This document shows, piece after piece, positions 19,808-27,794 of a stretch of 32,000 nt of DNA (the stretch's first letter is position 1; every line of letters starts with the position of its first letter). The stretch spans positions 1,140,001-1,172,000 of the forward strand of contig OY781039.1 in the NCBI GenBank assembly GCA_963676105.1, written 5' to 3'. A program made the translations under genes and the position numbers. Under the pieces are notes generated by a model that was given only the letters and a program-made list of their open reading frames with translations, was not told where the DNA came from and made no database searches. Source of the DNA: Erysipelotrichaceae bacterium (GTDB lineage: Bacteria > Bacillota_I > Bacilli_A > Erysipelotrichales > Erysipelotrichaceae).

Positions 19808-19921
19808 TATACCACCAATTTTATAACGCATATATTATAAATTCTATCTCTACTAAAATAAAAACCTAAATAATAGAGTGTATACTTATGTTAATAACAA
19901 TTCACTCTATAGAGGTTAATT

Positions 19922-20830
19922 ATGATAACTACCATTGATCTACACATGCATTCTATCTATTCAGATGATGGACAATTCACTGAACAAGAGCTCGTAAATA
20001 TCGCAATAGACGCTAATCTAAAAGTTATGGCCATTGCAGATCATAATAGTGTTGAAGCTGTTGAGAATGCTCGGATAATCGCAGAAAAAAACAAGATAAA
20101 ATTGATACCAGGTATTGAAATCGATTGTACCTATAAAGGTGTCAACTTACATGTCTTAGGTTATGGAATAGATACAATTAATCCTGCATTTAATCAATTA
20201 AAAAAAGATATTATTAAACAAGAACTAAAAACGAGTGCAGAGAAGATTAATTTAGTTCAAAAACTGGGGTTTGATATTTCTAAAAACGAATTAGATAAAC
20301 TCAGTTCTAATGGTGTTTATACTGGTGAAATGTTTGCCGAAGTACTATTGAATGATCCAAGATATTTAGACCATGATTTATTAAAACCTTATCGTAAAAA
20401 TGGACAACGATCAGATAACCCCTATGTTAATTTCTATTGGGACTATTTTTCTCAAGGAAAAGCATGTTATACAAAGATTCAATATCCCAGTTTAAAAAAC
20501 ATAATAAATTTAATACATGATAATGGTGGCGTTTCCGTCTTAGCTCACCCAGGAAATAATTTAAAAGGACAATTCGAATTATTCGATGAAATGGTAACGT
20601 TAGGATTGAATGGGGTTGAAGCTTTCTCAAGTTATCATTCTACTGAAACTAATCAATATTTCTATAATAAAGCCAAAGAACTAAATATTCTCTATACTTG
20701 CGGTTCTGACTTTCATGGTAAAACTAAACCATCTATTCAAATGGGTGCTAGTGGATGTAGCGTAGATGAAAACACTATGCTTATGCAACTTATAGATTAT
20801 GATTTAATCAAGAACACTGACATCCAATAG
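19922..20830 (+). CDS. PHP-domain phosphoesterase
   Basis: 302 aa. N-terminal DLHMHSIYSDDG and later ADHN, LAHP and GSDFHG metal-ligand motifs typical of PHP domains. Confidence 0.75.
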   Translation: MITTIDLHMHSIYSDDGQFTEQELVNIAIDANLKVMAIADHNSVEAVENARIIAEKNKIKLIPGIEIDCTYKGVNLHVLGYGIDTINPAFNQLKKDIIKQELKTSAEKINLVQKLGFDISKNELDKLSSNGVYTGEMFAEVLLNDPRYLDHDLLKPYRKNGQRSDNPYVNFYWDYFSQGKACYTKIQYPSLKNIINLIHDNGGVSVLAHPGNNLKGQFELFDEMVTLGLNGVEAFSSYHSTETNQYFYNKAKELNILYTCGSDFHGKTKPSIQMGASGCSVDENTMLMQLIDYDLIKNTDIQ

Positions 20831-22610
20831 TACAGCACTGTTCTTCACTTAAGATTTTCTCAAGTAAATGCACTCTATTAAATGGAAAAGAGAAATAGTA
20901 ACCATCCACAAATGAATCAACTTTTTTCATGGTTTCTTGTGAGATTCTTACGCCAATTTTTTCACCTTCAGACTTTGAACAATCATCTGGATATTGATTA
21001 ATAATTTCGTCTGGAATATGTATCCCCGATATTTCATTTTTCATAAACAATGCATTTTTCTTATTTACTAAAGGCATAATGCCACAAAGAATAAAGGCAT
21101 TTGTACGCTCTTTAATGATTCTTAATCGATTGATTTCATCATCAGAAAAAACAGGTTGGGTCAAAAAGAATTGTGCTCCTACATCCATTTTCTTTTGTAT
21201 GCGTTTGATTTCATTTTCTAAATCTCTACCTTGATTAATCGCTCCACCAAAGTTAATGCTTTGTTTAGAAAACACATCTTGATTCATTTCATCAACAATT
21301 TTCATTAACCCCACTGAATCAAAATTAAACACTGCTTTAACGGATTGCCGTACAGAAGAAGGTAATGGATCACCTGTAATAATTAATAAGTTATTAATAT
21401 TATTGATATGTGCACCCATAAATAGAGAACGAATAGCCACAGCATTTTTATCTCTACAACAAATATGAGGCATGACTTCAATCCCTGTTTCACGTTTAAC
21501 CTTTTCAGCCATCAAAACTGAATCAACGCGTGTTCTCCCTGAAGGTGAATCTGGAAAGGTTAATACATCAACGTCAGCATTTTTTAAGATATGTGCTGCT
21601 TCTAAAAGCTTTTCATCATCAACATTAAAGGGAGGAGCAAGTTCTACCGCTATAATTTTTTTATGTTTCCTCTGTCCACCTTCATCCAAGATAAAGCTTG
21701 AAGACTTTGATTTAACATTGTTTTCTTTCTTTGTTTTTATATGATGTTTCTCAATTTTATGACTGGTATCAATGAGCTTTTTCATTTCTTCAATAAACTT
21801 TGGATTTGTTCCGCAACAGCCCCCTAAAATATCAACCCCAAAAGTTGATAAAGCTTTCATTTTATCGGCAAAATATTGTGGGTTATTACCATACTGTAAT
21901 TGACTTCTTGATAAGGTTGGATAGCCAGCATTAGGTAGAGCTAAGAAATACTTATGCTCTGGTATTTCTAAATTTTCAATAATTTGTAGTAGATGTGCTG
22001 GACCTACACCACAATTCAAACCAATCACATCTAATTCATCTATTTTATTTGCTTCAGCAATCAGTCTTTTTGCGCTTAATCCTGCTGTACTATAAGCATA
22101 TTGATTCACTGAAAAAGAAAGCATAATCGTCACATCATAGTCTGCTTTTATTCTTTTAATACATGTTTTTATATGATCTAAACTTTCAAAAGTCTCAAAG
22201 TTTATAATCTCACATCCACTTTTAATAAATGTTTGAGCTATCTTATAATATTCTTCTTCAATGTATTCAATACTCTGTCCTTTTTCAAAAGGAATAGGAC
22301 CAATATCGCCTGAAATAAATACTGTTTGATGATCAACTGCTTCTTGTGCAATCTTTACTGCAGCTTTTATGATTTGTTCGACAAATTCCCATTCTTTCTC
22401 CAAGATAATAGTATTAGCTGCAAAGGTATTTGTTCGTATTAAATTCGCTCCTGATAAAATGTAATCTCTATGTATAGATTTAACCTGTTCAGGATCTGTA
22501 ATATTAGCAAGTTCTGGTATTTCACTTGTGTGAAACTTATCTGCGTAATATGTGCCAAAAGCTCCATCCGTAATGATATTCTTCGTTTGTAAGTACTCTT
22601 TAATCTTCAT
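20808..22610 (-). CDS. yitJ: Bifunctional homocysteine S-methyltransferase / 5,10-methylenetetrahydrofolate reductase
   Basis: 600 aa. N-terminal DGAFGT and zinc-site GGCCGTNP motifs of the homocysteine methyltransferase domain, with a C-terminal MTHFR-like half. The 3' end overlaps the convergent PHP gene by 23 nt. Confidence 0.75.
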   Translation of the reverse strand: MKIKEYLQTKNIITDGAFGTYYADKFHTSEIPELANITDPEQVKSIHRDYILSGANLIRTNTFAANTIILEKEWEFVEQIIKAAVKIAQEAVDHQTVFISGDIGPIPFEKGQSIEYIEEEYYKIAQTFIKSGCEIINFETFESLDHIKTCIKRIKADYDVTIMLSFSVNQYAYSTAGLSAKRLIAEANKIDELDVIGLNCGVGPAHLLQIIENLEIPEHKYFLALPNAGYPTLSRSQLQYGNNPQYFADKMKALSTFGVDILGGCCGTNPKFIEEMKKLIDTSHKIEKHHIKTKKENNVKSKSSSFILDEGGQRKHKKIIAVELAPPFNVDDEKLLEAAHILKNADVDVLTFPDSPSGRTRVDSVLMAEKVKRETGIEVMPHICCRDKNAVAIRSLFMGAHINNINNLLIITGDPLPSSVRQSVKAVFNFDSVGLMKIVDEMNQDVFSKQSINFGGAINQGRDLENEIKRIQKKMDVGAQFFLTQPVFSDDEINRLRIIKERTNAFILCGIMPLVNKKNALFMKNEISGIHIPDEIINQYPDDCSKSEGEKIGVRISQETMKKVDSFVDGYYFSFPFNRVHLLEKILSEEQCCTIGCQCS

Positions 22611-22654
22611 ATTTCACTAGACTTCACTTTCATTAGTGTTATTTTACATCATAC

Positions 22655-22683
22655 TTTATAAAATAAATAAACGTCACTGTAAA
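22655..22683 (-). promoter_or_regulatory. Candidate sigma-A promoter of the yitJ-like gene
   Basis: The minus strand reads TTTACA-17 nt-TATAAA, about 45 nt upstream of the start codon. Confidence 0.45.
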
Positions 22684-22684
22684 T

Positions 22685-22714
22685 GTTAACTACTTTATAA
22701 ATAAAGTAGTTAAC
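22685..22714 (-). terminator. Perfect 14-bp-arm palindrome downstream of the Fic-like gene (terminator or operator)
   Basis: GTTAACTACTTTAT-aa-ATAAAGTAGTTAAC. It lies 68 nt after the Fic-like stop and directly abuts the -35 of the yitJ promoter. There is no clean U-tract. Confidence 0.4.
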
Positions 22715-22781
22715 TAGATGTAATAAAATAAAAATCTAATTATTCGACCACGAAATGAACCAGAGACAAAAAGTCTACTAT

Positions 22782-23726
22782 TTAGAATTTTCTCCAGCAT
22801 TTTAATTCTAAAAATTCAAGTATCCCTTTATTGTCAGTCCCCTCATAATACTCAACGAGTAGTTTTTTAAATTCACTAACACTTTGTTCTGGGACAACCA
22901 GAATGCCTTCACCTTTTGAGATTAAGAAGTGATTTGCAAAAATAATTGCACTTCTTTCGTTCCCATCTTTAAATACTTGCGTTTTCATAATAAACAAACA
23001 CAATTGGATTGCCTCTTTAATGTTAGATAATTCTTCGTTTAAAATGGCGTTAATCGATTCAATAACAATTGTCTCTATTGGAATTGGTGGAATATATGTA
23101 CAACCTCCAATGGTGACGGGTATTGACCTAATTCTTCCGCCATCAACGATTAACCCTTCATTTACTAACTTACCGATATGACACAAGATTTGATAATCAC
23201 TTTCAAAATTTATGAAATCATTATCCAGAATAAATTCCCAAGCGTGTTTTAGATTTAATATTTTCTGTATATCCTTTGGTGTAACTCCATTCACTATACC
23301 ATTTTCAATAATTTCTTCAGTTTGTGGAAAAGAAGTTGCGATACCTTCAAGAACTGCTTGATCATAGATAAGTGATTTAATATTAATTCTTGCGAAGTCC
23401 AAATTAAGAACAACTCTATTATTCAGTGTCTGTTCTTTATAATCGAGCTTTGCTAGATCCTTTTCAATGTGCCGAATTTCACGTCTTAACTCTTTAGCTT
23501 CCCTTGCGTTTCTTAACAATAATTCATACAAATTATCTGAATAAACATCTACATACTTCGATGTTACTTTGCTGCCTACTCTTTTTCGTACATACAAATA
23601 CCTTTGCCCACTAATCTCTTTTACTTCAGGGGTACCATCATACGCCATTAAGCTAAGTCGTGCATTTAAATCAGATTTTAAGTGTAGTAAATTTTGAATT
23701 TCTTGTATTTTATTTACCATATACAC
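22782..23726 (-). CDS. Fic/DOC-family-like protein with a degenerate active-site motif
   Basis: 314 aa. The region QVFKDGNERSAI aligns with the Fic motif HxFx(D/E)GNGRxxR but lacks the His, the second Gly and the last Arg. The likely true start is ATG at 23720 (the track start GTG lies within the AGAGGTG RBS). Confidence 0.6.
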   Translation of the reverse strand: MYMVNKIQEIQNLLHLKSDLNARLSLMAYDGTPEVKEISGQRYLYVRKRVGSKVTSKYVDVYSDNLYELLLRNAREAKELRREIRHIEKDLAKLDYKEQTLNNRVVLNLDFARINIKSLIYDQAVLEGIATSFPQTEEIIENGIVNGVTPKDIQKILNLKHAWEFILDNDFINFESDYQILCHIGKLVNEGLIVDGGRIRSIPVTIGGCTYIPPIPIETIVIESINAILNEELSNIKEAIQLCLFIMKTQVFKDGNERSAIIFANHFLISKGEGILVVPEQSVSEFKKLLVEYYEGTDNKGILEFLELKCWRKF

Positions 23727-23732
23727 CTCTTT

Positions 23733-23772
23733 TAGGGAACATTTATGAATATTTTATACATTTTGTTCCCTA
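23733..23772. promoter_or_regulatory. 9-bp inverted repeat bracketing the Fic-like gene promoter
   Basis: TAGGGAACA-22 nt-TGTTCCCTA. The spacer contains TATAAAAT on the minus strand. Confidence 0.35.
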
Positions 23773-23844
23773 AATGAATATTCGATAATTACAGCATTTA
23801 TTTTATGACACCGAAGTGACACCAATAAGAGCTCTATAAACAAA

Positions 23845-23868
23845 AAAGTGCCTATTTAAGGTACTTTA
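23845..23868 (-). terminator. Junction terminator A
   Basis: The minus strand reads AAAGTACCT-loop-AGGCACTTT (one mismatch) followed by TTTGTTTAT. It lies immediately past tRNA-end mimic A. Confidence 0.5.
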
Positions 23869-23877
23869 GAGATATAA

Positions 23878-24100
23878 GGTGTACGTGACAGGAATCGTAT
23901 TACATTACCATAACTTCCCAAACACTACCATTTCATGCCGTTTCGTCCCAAATCTTTCCGAAGCTTCCCATATTAAAACTAGGGGATGATTACGGGTTTG
24001 AAAATTATGATAGATTAACTCTTACCCAAGAGTAATTTAGTTTTGCTTGTTCTATATAAAGTAACAATCTATCTATATGGTAACAATACCCACTCATGTT
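23878..24100 (-). repeat. Cassette-junction repeat A (decayed tRNA-3'-end mimic + ~200 bp arm)
   Basis: aGGTGtaCGTGACAGGAATCG has 3 changes from the consensus TGGTGCGCGTGACAGGAATCG. It is followed by an arm that aligns with copies B and C through ...CCCACTCATGTT. Confidence 0.8.
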
Positions 24101-24144
24101 ATTAACAAATACTTTGATTTTTTCATTTCAGTACATAAATAGTA

Positions 24145-24663
24145 TCATTGCAATATGTAATTAATAATGATGAGATTCTTATACACTAAAATCAAATAGA
24201 CATGATCACTAGGCATATTATCGACTGATTGATCCGCATTAATCGTAAAATACCTAAAACAATTACACCTTAAGTCGAATGGACGTAGATCTATTTTTGC
24301 TGTCCCATTAATTGTGGTTTCTTCTATAAGATTAAGAATTGGAGCACGACCGTCTATCACTTCTTGCTCTTCAATGATTTCATCATTCTCGAGATCATTA
24401 ATGAATTTATAAAAATCATTTTCTTCATTGATTTTTAGAACCATGAAACTTTCATAAATCTGTCCTTCATAAGACACCACAGTATATTGATCTTCTGTTA
24501 TATAAGGAAGAAGCTCAGCATATCTAAAGTAATCAGTAGGTTGATCTATTTTTGGATCAAGTGGATCATCTAGTATAACTGATACAATTAAAATTAGAAT
24601 TATTGTGAGAAATAGCGCAGTCAAGAACATAAAGATATATTCAAAATATTTAGATATTTTCAT
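24145..24663 (-). CDS. Hypothetical membrane-anchored protein
   Basis: 172 aa. A single N-terminal hydrophobic helix (FMFLTALFLTIILILIVSVIL), then an acidic soluble domain. No recognisable family. Confidence 0.5.
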   Translation of the reverse strand: MKISKYFEYIFMFLTALFLTIILILIVSVILDDPLDPKIDQPTDYFRYAELLPYITEDQYTVVSYEGQIYESFMVLKINEENDFYKFINDLENDEIIEEQEVIDGRAPILNLIEETTINGTAKIDLRPFDLRCNCFRYFTINADQSVDNMPSDHVYLILVYKNLIIINYILQ

Positions 24664-24742
24664 CGCATAGCATTTTCCTAATGTAAATCAACTAATCAGT
24701 AATAGTTGCCTTACATGAAACTAAGCGATCAAAGTACAGATC

Positions 24743-25930
24743 TTATAATTTAAAATTCAATAAAAAGTCTTCTATATTAATATGTTTAATTCCTTTATAT
24801 GAAAAATCCACGGTATCCATTGATAGAACTAATTTAGGATATGAGTCATTGATAGAATTTAAAACACTGAACTCTCTTTCTCTAGTCGTTTCTGAACCTA
24901 GTAAATAAGATACTTGTATATATAACTTCTCATCATTTTTAGTAGCAATAAAATCAATTTCCTGTTGATTTAACTTTCCGATATTTATAGTGTATCCTCG
25001 TCTTTTAAGTTCGATATAGACAATATTTTCTAAGATTAATTCAATGGCTGCTTCATTATTCCCAACAACGGCTTCTCTAAAACCATGGTCAGCAATAAAG
25101 TATTTTTCTTCTGTTTTTAATAATGCTTTCCCATTGATGTCATATCTTGAAGCTTTATATAATATAAAAGCCTTTTCTAGGATATCAATATAATGAAGTA
25201 TTGTATCAACACTAATTTTTATGTTTTGTGATTTTAGATACTTTGAAATAGACAAAGCTGAAAAAGTTTTAGATGTATTCGCACATAAATAAATGATAAG
25301 TTTTTCTAGTGTCGCTGAATTTCTTATGTCATATCTTTGTATAACATCTTGAAGAACGGCTGATCGAAAACTATCTCTTAGTACAGTCATTGACAAGTCA
25401 TAGTTTAAATCAAAAACAGTTATCGATGGAAGTCCACCAAAAGTTACATAATCTATGAATGTTGCTTTTTTATGATAATCTTTAAACTCTTTATAAGAAA
25501 AAGGGTGAACTAAAATCTCTACATATCTTCCAGCTAGATACGTAGACAAATCAGATGACATTAAGTCCGAATTTGATCCCGTGATATAAATATCAAACTT
25601 ATTCATCGCATGGAAAGCATTGACGGCTTTTTCCCAATTTTTTATTCTTCCTACTTCATCAAGAAACAAGTATAATGGTCCACTATTCTTTTTCTCCCAT
25701 TCTAATACCCTGTTTGTTAAATCTTCGTAGTCATTAATGTTAAAGTTCTCGGGAAGTTCAAAGTTCAGCTTAAGCACATTTATTTTACTTGTAGTATTTT
25801 TTAGTAAATCTTCAATATACATATCTAAAAGAACTGATTTACCGGAACGTCTTAATCCAGTTATAACCTTTACAAAAGGTTTATCTTTATAATCTTTTAA
25901 CTTCTGAATATAGTCTAAACGTTCAACCAT
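24743..25930 (-). CDS. AAA-type ATPase of the AAA_14/DUF4143 kind
   Basis: 395 aa. Walker A GLRRSGKS and Walker B LYLFLDEV, with a C-terminal QEIDFIATKNDEKLYIQV segment resembling the nuclease-like fold tail of this family. Confidence 0.75.
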   Translation of the reverse strand: MVERLDYIQKLKDYKDKPFVKVITGLRRSGKSVLLDMYIEDLLKNTTSKINVLKLNFELPENFNINDYEDLTNRVLEWEKKNSGPLYLFLDEVGRIKNWEKAVNAFHAMNKFDIYITGSNSDLMSSDLSTYLAGRYVEILVHPFSYKEFKDYHKKATFIDYVTFGGLPSITVFDLNYDLSMTVLRDSFRSAVLQDVIQRYDIRNSATLEKLIIYLCANTSKTFSALSISKYLKSQNIKISVDTILHYIDILEKAFILYKASRYDINGKALLKTEEKYFIADHGFREAVVGNNEAAIELILENIVYIELKRRGYTINIGKLNQQEIDFIATKNDEKLYIQVSYLLGSETTREREFSVLNSINDSYPKLVLSMDTVDFSYKGIKHINIEDFLLNFKL

Positions 25931-26089
25931 TACAATTACCTCTATTTCGATTATATTCTAAATACTTTAATATTTCAAATATTATTTCGATTATAGTCTA
26001 AATTAATATTTATCAATAAATCAAAGTAATTAATTTATTCCATAATCTTTCCTAAAGATGCATTTTTATGTAATAAAACCAAAACAAAA

Positions 26090-26111
26090 GAACATCTCTT
26101 TCAAGATGTTC
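26090..26111 (-). terminator. Junction terminator B
   Basis: The minus strand reads GAACATCT-TGAAAG-AGATGTTC followed by TTTTGTTTTGGTTTT. Confidence 0.7.
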
Positions 26112-26123
26112 CAATTTGGTACA

Positions 26124-26305
26124 TGATGCGCGTGACAGGAATCGTATTACATTCCCAAATCTTCCCACAGCTTCCCATATTAAAACTAGGGGTAAACTAG
26201 GGTTTTGAAAATTATGATAGATTGATTCTTATTCAAGAGTAATATAGTTTTGTTTGTTTTATTTGAGGCAACAAATCAATGCATACTGTAATAATACTCA
26301 CTCAA
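26124..26305 (-). repeat. Cassette-junction repeat B (tRNA-3'-end mimic with CCA changed to TCA + arm with ~41-bp internal deletion)
   Basis: TGaTGCGCGTGACAGGAATCG plus an arm. Relative to A and C it lacks the segment between two CTTCCCA motifs. Confidence 0.8.
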
Positions 26306-26327
26306 GATTTTACACATACTAAAATTT

Positions 26328-26639
26328 TTAAAATAATTTATCAGTGTCCCTACGATTATATAAAACCCTGATAATGACTACTTTCTTCATTTCTTTATTT
26401 AGATAGTAAAAAATTGAATAATTATCAATGATCATCTGCCTTAGTTCACCAGAACGAGAAGTCTCTTTTCTATACAACTGAAATCTTTCTGGCATCTCGT
26501 TTAACAAATTAATCTTATTTTCAATTCGTTTGAGCTGCTCTATTGCGATAACTGGTGATTGCAGTTCAAAAGCAATATATTCAAAAATACTTCGTAGATC
26601 ACTATCTGCTTGATATGAGACCTCAATATCGAAAGTCAT
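26328..26639 (-). CDS. Type II toxin, RelE/ParE family
   Basis: 103 aa with a sequence typical of the ParE/RelE plasmid-stabilisation family. A 4-nt ATGA overlap with the upstream antitoxin gene. Confidence 0.8.
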   Translation of the reverse strand: MTFDIEVSYQADSDLRSIFEYIAFELQSPVIAIEQLKRIENKINLLNEMPERFQLYRKETSRSGELRQMIIDNYSIFYYLNKEMKKVVIIRVLYNRRDTDKLF

Positions 26640-26953
26640 ACATTATAATCTTTGAAGATATCGGAAAAAACTTGTTTAACAGGTTTTACTCTACCTTCAT
26701 CCATATCTTTTAAACCTTTTGCCAATTCTGTGTCTATTTGTTCAATGGTCATACTACTCATATCTATTAATTTTGGTGTTGGAATTTTTACATCAAAAGG
26801 TAAACCTTTGTTAAGGATTATTTGTTTATAAAACATATTAATAGCATTGGATGCAGGTATACCAAGAATCGAGAGAATATTCTCTGCTTGTTCTTTGACC
26901 TCTGGCTCAATTCTTGCATATAGATTTGCTGTTTTTATTGCCATATCGGACAC
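26636..26953 (-). CDS. Type II antitoxin, RelB/DinJ family
   Basis: 105 aa. The N-terminal ribbon-helix-helix-like ...NLYARIEPEVKEQAENILSILGIPASNAINMFYKQI... is typical of DinJ/RelB. Confidence 0.8.
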   Translation of the reverse strand: MSDMAIKTANLYARIEPEVKEQAENILSILGIPASNAINMFYKQIILNKGLPFDVKIPTPKLIDMSSMTIEQIDTELAKGLKDMDEGRVKPVKQVFSDIFKDYNV

Positions 26954-27030
26954 TCCTTTATTCTTTTATAGATATATTATCACTCTTTGTGCATACAAAA
27001 GCAATACATATATAGTTTACTTCATGAATC

Positions 27031-27044
27031 TGCGTATATACGCA
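27031..27044. promoter_or_regulatory. Perfect 14-bp palindrome upstream of the antitoxin gene (candidate operator)
   Basis: TGCGTATATACGCA lies about 50 nt upstream (minus sense) of an extended -10 (TGaTAATAT) preceding the antitoxin RBS AAAGGAG. Confidence 0.4.
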
Positions 27045-27074
27045 TTTTTGTGCAGTTACTAATAAACAAACAAA

Positions 27075-27098
27075 AGAGGTTCTCAATTGAGAACCTCT
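27075..27098 (-). terminator. Junction terminator C
   Basis: AGAGGTTCTC-AATT-GAGAACCTCT, a perfect 10-bp stem. The minus strand continues TTTTGTTTGTTTATT. Confidence 0.8.
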
Positions 27099-27110
27099 AA
27101 TTTGTATACA

Positions 27111-27334
27111 TGGTGCGCGTGACAGGAATCGCATTACATTCCCAAAACTTCCCAAACTCTACCATTTCATGCTGTTTCGTCCCAAATCTTTCCGAAGCTT
27201 CCCATATTAAAACTAGGGGTGGACTAGGGGTATGAAAATTATGATAGATTAACTCTTACCGAAGAGTAATTTAGTTTTGTTTGTTCTATATAAAGTAACA
27301 AGTCTATGCATACGGTAATAATACCCACTCATGT
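27111..27334 (-). repeat. Cassette-junction repeat C (intact tRNA-3'-end mimic + full arm)
   Basis: The reverse complement of 27111-27131 is CGATTCCTGTCACGCGCACCA. The arm contains 4 TTCCCA-type motifs, 2 ACTAGGGG motifs 11 bp apart, and a plus-strand hairpin with a T-tract. Confidence 0.85.
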
Positions 27335-27436
27335 TTTTCCACCGTAGTACAGGACATTACATTTATAGATATAACAACAATACCAATACATGGTTTTCAT
27401 GAAAATACAGTTTGTGTACATTAATTTTGAAACTGA

Positions 27437-27772
27437 TTAATTATATACCAAAATTAATAAAGCAAGATAGATAAGAATAATCTCAAAAACGATCAATAAA
27501 GAAAAAACTTTGTAATAATTCGTTGTACTAACTTTACTGATACTATCGATTATAACAATACAAATCAAAGACAAAAACACTATTAGATATAAATGCCAAT
27601 TATTTCGCCATACACAATATATTAATATTGCATTTAAAATAGAAAATATTTTAAAATTTTCTCTTCTATGCATATTTAAGCGATATTTAAACGATTGAAA
27701 CAATGGTAAAAACAAAATTATTACAAATATATCTACCCATACATTTAGATTTTCTAAATTATAATTTATCAA
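27437..27772 (-). CDS. Small multi-pass membrane protein (candidate immunity/partner protein)
   Basis: 111 aa with 3-4 hydrophobic segments. Lies 22 nt downstream of the secreted-protein gene. Confidence 0.5.
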   Translation of the reverse strand: MINYNLENLNVWVDIFVIILFLPLFQSFKYRLNMHRRENFKIFSILNAILIYCVWRNNWHLYLIVFLSLICIVIIDSISKVSTTNYYKVFSLLIVFEIILIYLALLILVYN

Positions 27773-27794
27773 TTTCGTAACTGCTCTTATCTAC

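Noticed and set aside
3405-21744. Other short nested or antisense track ORFs: 3405-3593, 8672-8875, 10494-10730, 12968-13153, 13208-13444, 16012-16224, 17342-17527, 17454-17660, 17795-17992, 20427-20630, 21472-21744.
   Set aside because: Each is contained within, or mostly overlaps, a longer ORF with clear family motifs. They have low-complexity or odd composition and no SD.
26847-27155. Track ORFs of 71 aa (+) and 65 aa (-) around the RelB start and junction C.
   Set aside because: The first is antisense to the antitoxin gene. The second reads through the tRNA-end mimic, the terminator hairpin and the promoter, and it is not conserved at junctions A, B or D.
27250-27333. Possible 27-aa ORF (MSGYYYRMHRLVTLYRTNKTKLLFGKS) on the minus strand inside junction repeat C.
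   Set aside because: The equivalent sequence in copy A is in a different frame after an indel, and copy B has no ATG and an early stop. The element is therefore conserved as nucleotide sequence, not as protein.
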